From Candidatus Gastranaerophilales bacterium (GTDB lineage Bacteria > Cyanobacteriota > Vampirovibrionia > Gastranaerophilales > Gastranaerophilaceae): a DNA stretch of 64,000 nucleotides. Below, piece after piece: positions 59,668-64,000 of the stretch; positions within the stretch are counted from its first letter, which is position 1, and every line of letters starts with the position of its first letter. The notes under the pieces are model-generated. The model did no database searches and had not been told where the DNA came from. It saw only the letters and a list, made by a program, of their open reading frames with translations. A program made the position numbers and the translations under genes. The DNA is taken from NCBI GenBank assembly GCA_944326525.1, contig CALVEG010000003.1:73846-137845 (forward strand), read 5' to 3'.

Positions 59668-60012
59668 TTAGTTAACTCCTTTATTTTTTTGTTTAAGTTC
59701 TGCCATTTCGGGACATATTTCAATTGGTAGGATTTTGTTGTTTGTTATGGTCATTTTCCAAACAAGAAAAATATCATCTTTAAATCTTCCATCTATTTCT
59801 ATCTTGCTACCTTCTACAATTCTTGTTTTGCCCCATGCAACACACATCCTTCCTTTTGGATTTGTGGTTGATTTGCAATAAAAGACAGTCTTATATTTTT
59901 CATTTACAAGTTCGTTTTGAAGTTCAATTTTTATAACTTCCGTACTTATATGGACTTTCTCCGCTTCATATTTTGAGGGTTGCCTGATGTATTTTTTTCT
60001 CTTTCTACTCAT
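59668..60012 (-). CDS. hypothetical phage protein (114 aa), basic N-terminus, beta-rich
   Basis: Start moved to ATG 60012 behind the strong SD aaggagg; it overlaps the upstream stop. Confidence 0.5.
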   Translation of the reverse strand: MSRKRKKYIRQPSKYEAEKVHISTEVIKIELQNELVNEKYKTVFYCKSTTNPKGRMCVAWGKTRIVEGSKIEIDGRFKDDIFLVWKMTITNNKILPIEICPEMAELKQKNKGVN

Positions 60013-60988
60013 TGCAATCCTCCTTATGTTCAAAATAATTGATGGCATCCATGACGGAAAAATGATATTTTTCAGAAAGTTCTTTAAATGTAGAATTGCG
60101 AACAAGAAACTCTTGCCTTTTTATTGGACAATATTTTAAAAGATAGTTTAAAGCTGATTGCTTATTGCAAATTGCATTATAATCTTGCTTTCTTTTTTCA
60201 TCCTGAAGTCTTGCTTCTTCTGCTTGTTCTGCTCTTTTTTTCTCTTCTTCAAGTTTTTTTTGTTTTTCCAGTTCTGCTGCTGCTTCTCTGTCCGGAGCAA
60301 GGAAATAATCATCAGATGCAAAACTATCCCATTTATTGAGAATTAGATCCAGTGAAGGTTTAACATTTTTCTTATCTTTAATATCCCAACCTCTTTTAGC
60401 ATTAGAAAAAACTTTTTCCCATATCTCAAGTGTTAGGTTGTTTTCAGAATGGATTTTAAAAATATTCTCTTTGTTGGTTTTAGAAACAATACGTGAGCTT
60501 TTGAATTTCTCGTTATAAATTTGAATGATTGACATAACAAGTTCTTCATTATAATTTTTTATCGAGTTATCAATATCTTCTTTTTGTTCTTTACTTTCGT
60601 TTTTATTTTTATATCTATTAGCTACGGAACGTCTTGCCTTTTCTGATTTTTCTTCTTGAAGTTTTAAATTTCTGATAACTCTTTCAGAAACATATTCTCC
60701 ATCAATAATTTTGAATAATTGAAAATCTTCAAGAATTTTTTTTATTATTTTTGTGTCGACTCTAAGCTCATCAGCAAGCATATCAATCTCATCTACATAG
60801 AGCTTATTCTCGTGAAGATATTCGATTATCTCCCAATAAATTCCGTATGCAGCATGTGAAATAAGATCTCTTGAAACAGTTTCAGATATTTCATTTTTCG
60901 TTTTCCTGAAATCAAAAAACAGACGTATAATTTTCTGATCAGTTTTTGCAGCTATGTCATGTGAAAAATATGGTTTAGATGCTTTCAT
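60005..60988 (-). CDS. DUF4373 (Lin1244/Lin1753-like) replisome-organizer-like protein
   Basis: YFSHDIAAKTDQKIIRL...AAYGIYWEIIEYL N-terminal signature; K/E-rich linker; C-terminal phage-type domain. Confidence 0.65.
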   Translation of the reverse strand: MKASKPYFSHDIAAKTDQKIIRLFFDFRKTKNEISETVSRDLISHAAYGIYWEIIEYLHENKLYVDEIDMLADELRVDTKIIKKILEDFQLFKIIDGEYVSERVIRNLKLQEEKSEKARRSVANRYKNKNESKEQKEDIDNSIKNYNEELVMSIIQIYNEKFKSSRIVSKTNKENIFKIHSENNLTLEIWEKVFSNAKRGWDIKDKKNVKPSLDLILNKWDSFASDDYFLAPDREAAAELEKQKKLEEEKKRAEQAEEARLQDEKRKQDYNAICNKQSALNYLLKYCPIKRQEFLVRNSTFKELSEKYHFSVMDAINYFEHKEDCNE

Positions 60989-61006
60989 TTCTATCCTTAT
61001 CTGCTT

Positions 61007-61333
61007 TTAATTTTTCAATGCTTTTCTATAGCATTTATCAACTCTTTCTTCTGCGATAACATTAAACATTTCTTTGTAAGCAAGTTTTGCAGCAGTATCT
61101 TCTCGTTGCATTTCATAAATAAACTCAGGTAAATCAATACCTGAAACTTGAGGAGTTTCAAGTAAATCATAATAATAACGGTATGCTTTTTTATAAAGAA
61201 AATTTAATTTCTCTTTTCTTTTTCTAGTTTTGTAATCTTTAATCTGTTTTATAAGATGCAATAAAATGTTTATTTTGATTGCTCTTGGTCTTACAACTTT
61301 ATTTGTGGGAAATTTAATTACATTTGTGCTCAT
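61007..61333 (-). CDS. hypothetical phage protein (108 aa)
   Basis: ORF with SD ggagaaat. Confidence 0.5.
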   Translation of the reverse strand: MSTNVIKFPTNKVVRPRAIKINILLHLIKQIKDYKTRKRKEKLNFLYKKAYRYYYDLLETPQVSGIDLPEFIYEMQREDTAAKLAYKEMFNVIAEERVDKCYRKALKN

Positions 61334-61352
61334 AATATTTCTCCTTATTTTG

Positions 61353-61532
61353 TTAGAGTTTAATGCCGATTAGTTCTTCAATATTATTTTTTTTGATGTA
61401 TTCACGCAGAATTAAAACAACTTGCTTGGAACGAGAGTTGTTTTTTAATTTTGCATAGGCATCAATTATTGACAAAACTCTTGGAGGGAAACCTATTGAT
61501 TTCAACATTTGCCCTTTAAATTCTTCTTCCAT
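61353..61532 (-). CDS. small Cro/RHH-like regulator candidate (59 aa)
   Basis: Hand-translated MEEEFKGQMLKSIGFPPRVLSIIDAYAKLKNNSRSKQVVLILREYIKKNNIEELIGIKL; SD ggagaagtt; first gene of the leftward operon, divergent from the XRE gene. Confidence 0.45.
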   Translation of the reverse strand: MEEEFKGQMLKSIGFPPRVLSIIDAYAKLKNNSRSKQVVLILREYIKKNNIEELIGIKL

Positions 61533-61717
61533 AACTTCTCCTATTTTTGTACGATAAACTACACGAATGTAACGGCAAATTTTGCCGTTTTCGTGTTTTT
61601 ATGATATATGTTAGTTAAACAGTTAAACAAACTAACAATATTAATTATACATAATCGTGCATAAAAGTAAAGCACAAATATGCATAATTTACAAAACTTC
61701 ATACAAACGGAGTAGGA
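61533..61717. promoter_or_regulatory. divergent promoter/operator region of the element's genetic switch
   Basis: 36-bp imperfect palindrome at 61561-61596; TGTTAGTT/AACTAACA inverted repeat at 61609-61638; TGCATAA direct repeats at 61658 and 61681; TATAAT-like boxes on both strands. Confidence 0.55.
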
Positions 61718-62008
61718 ATGTATCAGGAACGCATTAAAAAAATTAGGTCTGAATTAAAGCTGTCAGTCGCAAAGATGGCAGATGAAATGAATATTCCATC
61801 AAGAACTTTTGTGTCTTATGAAAGCGATGGAAGAACTCCGTCTTTAGAATTTCTTGCACAATTATGTAAAACTTTTGATATAAATGCAAATTGGTTTATA
61901 ACAGGTGAAGGCAATATGTTTAATGAACAACAACCTTATGCAAGCAACGAAGAACTTGAGCAAAAGGTTGTTGAAGTAATGAAAAAATACGGAGTTATTG
62001 AGAAATGA
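61718..62008 (+). CDS. XRE/CI-type HTH repressor
   Basis: IKKIRSELKLSVAKMADEMNIPSRTFVSYESDGRTPSLEFL...WFITGEGNMF. Confidence 0.85.
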   Translation: MYQERIKKIRSELKLSVAKMADEMNIPSRTFVSYESDGRTPSLEFLAQLCKTFDINANWFITGEGNMFNEQQPYASNEELEQKVVEVMKKYGVIEK

Positions 62009-62105
62009 GTTTTACAAGCTCATCAAAAAGCTTGAAGGCCTTTTGTTTTCCGTATGTTTTGATTAGAGCATTAAGCAGAGCTTTTAATAAATCTTTTTGC
62101 TTCAT
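61995..62105 (-). CDS. 36-aa helical peptide candidate, convergent with and overlapping the repressor 3' end
   Basis: Hand-translated MKQKDLLKALLNALIKTYGKQKAFKLFDELVKLISQ; SD aaaggagaa 7 nt before the ATG. Confidence 0.3.
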   Translation of the reverse strand: MKQKDLLKALLNALIKTYGKQKAFKLFDELVKLISQ

Positions 62106-62154
62106 AGAAGTTCTCCTTTCTTTATTAAGAAAGTTGGAGAAGGAAAGGAATATT

Positions 62155-62661
62155 ATGAAAAAAGTATTATTTATTTTTATTTTTATTTTTTCTTGTATAA
62201 GCGTATATGCTGCAACAGCTCCTAAATGGAGTGAATTTTGTCCTGATGGTTTTGAAAATCCAGTAATTTTATCATTGGAAGAAATCGAGAATAAAGCGGA
62301 GAAGCTTGCAGAACAAAAAACAAAAGTTTTTTATTGTAAATCTGATAAGACTTATGCAAAAATTTTGCGTGGTGTTACAATATTACCTGCCTTAGATTGT
62401 TGGTGTGGCAATAAACTTGCTAAATCAAATTTTAGACAATCCCTTTTTTATGAAAATGAAATAAATTCATATTGGTTAAATAGAAAGAAACAATTTGAAA
62501 ATGAATTAAGCTCTTGTAATGGTTTATCAGAAGATGCAAAAGGTATGTGTTATTTAAAAGTTAGAGAAATTGAACATAAGAAAAATAATGATTTAAAAAA
62601 TGAAGCTGCTTTAAGAGGTATTCAAAGACAGTTATTTGTTCAAAATCTATTAACTAATTAA
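62155..62661 (+). CDS. secreted/membrane-anchored Cys-containing protein (168 aa)
   Basis: MKKVLFIFIFIFSCISVYA signal sequence behind SD ggagaaggaaagg; the track's alternative start at 62005 (ATGA overlap with the XRE stop) cannot be excluded. Confidence 0.55.
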   Translation: MKKVLFIFIFIFSCISVYAATAPKWSEFCPDGFENPVILSLEEIENKAEKLAEQKTKVFYCKSDKTYAKILRGVTILPALDCWCGNKLAKSNFRQSLFYENEINSYWLNRKKQFENELSSCNGLSEDAKGMCYLKVREIEHKKNNDLKNEAALRGIQRQLFVQNLLTN

Positions 62662-62730
62662 CATGAAGAAACATGAAGCAAATATACCAAAAAGGCTTGT
62701 AATTTTAAAAAAATAGTAAATAATGTAAAT

Positions 62731-63018
62731 ATGAACAAGTTTATTTTTTTATCATTAATATTATTTTTTGCATGTTCTTCTGCTAATGCTGAATATATAC
62801 AACAAGACAGATTTGGCAATTATCAAATGAGTAATGGTGTATATATACAAAATCTCGGTGGTGGTTCATATACTACAAGTAATGGTGATTATATTCATAA
62901 AATGAACGACTACCAATGGCGAACAAATTCAGGAACGGTTAATGTCCGAAAAGATACTTGGGGAAATTACAATGTAACTTCTCCTAATGGAAGTTATTAT
63001 TTGCAAAGAGGTTTGTAA
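62731..63018 (+). CDS. small secreted protein (95 aa) with G-N-Y / S-N-G-x-Y-I repeats
   Basis: MNKFIFLSLILFFACSSANA signal peptide. Confidence 0.55.
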   Translation: MNKFIFLSLILFFACSSANAEYIQQDRFGNYQMSNGVYIQNLGGGSYTTSNGDYIHKMNDYQWRTNSGTVNVRKDTWGNYNVTSPNGSYYLQRGL

Positions 63019-63175
63019 TACATTTGTAATACAGATGTAAAATAATATTTATACGTTCGTAATACGTTTGTAATACGAACGTAATTCGTTTGTAAAATAT
63101 ATTTTTACATTCGTATAATATTGTGAAATACAATTAAAATACCTCTGTAATACGTTCGTATAACGATTGTATTAC
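63011..63175. repeat. 15 contiguous 11-bp iterons, consensus gTTtGTAATAC
   Basis: Read directly in 11-nt register: gtttgtaatac, atttgtaatac, agatgtaaaat, aatatttatac, gttcgtaatac, gtttgtaatac, gaacgtaattc, gtttgtaaaat, atatttttaca, ttcgtataata, ttgtgaaatac, aattaaaatac, ctctgtaatac, gttcgtataac, gattgtattac. Confidence 0.85.
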
Positions 63176-63235
63176 TATAAATAAAATAAAATAAATTAAA
63201 TTAAATTAAAATAAAATAAAAAATACTATACGTAT
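63176..63235. other. 60-bp A/T-only tract with pentamer pattern (AAATA)n(AATTA)n, candidate DNA-unwinding element
   Basis: No G or C between 63176 and 63235; immediately follows the iteron array. Confidence 0.7.
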
Positions 63236-63536
63236 TTTTTATAATAGTCTTAAAAAAAATTATTTTTTATTTTTTCTTTTAGAGCAAAATTTGTTAATTT
63301 TAAATCTTAAATATTAATAAATGTTAAGCAACTCAAATATTGTAAATTTCTAATTGTTACGATTTCTTTAAAAAATTAACAGTTTAACAACTATTTACAT
63401 TTAAAAAAAAATCGTTTAATTTTTAAAACAGATTATGAAATGTATATTTTTCACTAGGGATAGTGAGCTGGGAAGCATAAATATAACGAGTAATAATTGG
63501 TGAACATAGGCAAACTACGTATTTTTTAGGGGAGAG

Positions 63537-63932
63537 ATGCAAAGAATAAGGTTTTCAAATATTTCAATAATACCTTATGATGTTTGGTTTTTGGACGGAA
63601 CCGAACATTTTTGTGAGAGAAAACTTTTACTTGGAAGAACTCCTAAATTAAAAACAGTAGTCAGTCTTATTGAAAAAAGAATTATAGATGGAAGAATTTT
63701 TGTTGATACGCAATGCGGAATAAAAGCTGAAAAGATTATCCAAAACGAAAGAAACCGCATTATGTACACAAGGCAAGATGTTCTTTGTAGTAAAAGAGGA
63801 AAACCTTTTGGATGGACTTATGGGCAAAATAAGGAAATCCACAATAATAAAGGTGAAATTATTGCAATAAGACAAAGAAGGTGTGATTATTTCGGACAAT
63901 CTGAAATAGTCAAAGAAGAAAGAGTTGAATAA
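63537..63932 (+). CDS. hypothetical protein (131 aa)
   Basis: ORF behind SD aggggagag. Confidence 0.5.
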   Translation: MQRIRFSNISIIPYDVWFLDGTEHFCERKLLLGRTPKLKTVVSLIEKRIIDGRIFVDTQCGIKAEKIIQNERNRIMYTRQDVLCSKRGKPFGWTYGQNKEIHNNKGEIIAIRQRRCDYFGQSEIVKEERVE

Positions 63933-63958
63933 CAGAACGTAAATTAAATAGTCTAACT

Positions 63959-63988
63959 GCCTCGATATTTGTTCGGGGCTTTGTTTTG
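63959..63988 (+). terminator. candidate rho-independent terminator
   Basis: GCCTCG-atatttgtt-CGGGGC (one G-U pair) followed by TTTGTTTTG. Confidence 0.4.
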
Positions 63989-64000
63989 TAACATTATGAT

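Larger units (their letters stand above)
52483..64000. mobile_element. integrated phage-like element (prophage or satellite), left junction at tRNA-His; right end not identified in window
   Basis: Serine integrase abutting a tRNA 3' end; phage-type small ORFs with ATGA/TAATG coupling; DUF4373, DUF2786, ASCH and XRE-type modules; iteron array. Confidence 0.75.

Noticed and set aside
62005-62154. N-terminal 50-aa extension of the secreted protein (ATG 62005 overlapping the XRE stop); likewise the TTG-initiated extensions at 10431, 29062, 30906, 36855, 41199 and 50623
   Set aside because: In each case an internal ATG or TTG with a good SD gives an N-terminus matching the family or a clean signal peptide, and the extensions have odd F/C/S-rich composition. 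The 62005 start remains possible because of its ATGA coupling.
63011-63235. Whether the tandem repeats are a CRISPR array
   Set aside because: The units are 11 bp, contiguous and degenerate, with no unique spacers and no cas genes. This does not fit CRISPR architecture.

Overview
AT-rich (about one-third G+C by eye, not computed), densely coding bacterial chromosome segment. Positions 1-52,460 are mostly housekeeping genes: nadD-yqeK, def-fmt-aroH, queE, a DnaJ-like protein, typA, glgA, dapL, ruvB, ribF, ftsEX, dnaX, ribD, tsaD, mnmA, hydG, smpB, recR-ybaB, accD-accA-prmA-kdsB and an RpaB/OmpR-type response regulator. The mix of an RpaB-like regulator, LL-DAP aminotransferase, GlgA, KdsB and HydG in a low-GC genome suggests a non-photosynthetic cyanobacteria-related lineage (Melainabacteria/Vampirovibrionia-like); this is inference only. 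From tRNA-His(GTG) at 52,464-52,540 to the window end lies an integrated phage-like element of at least 11.5 kb. It has a large serine recombinase whose ORF ends antisense inside the tRNA. About 20 short, overlapping, co-directional early or replication ORFs follow, including an NPPF methyltransferase, an ASCH-like protein, zinc ribbons, DUF2786, a two-domain beta-clamp-like protein and a DUF4373 replisome-organizer-like protein. Next is a divergent RHH/XRE switch with palindromes, then two secreted 'moron'-like proteins. The most striking feature is a non-coding array of 15 helically phased 11-bp GTAATAC iterons abutting a 60-bp A/T-only tract. No structural or lysis genes and no right-hand junction are visible in the window. 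No rRNA, CRISPR array or recognisable riboswitch was seen. Several track ORFs start at TTG upstream of better ATG/SD starts and were trimmed. Four short ORFs below the track's size cutoff and one edge-truncated ORF were added by hand translation.
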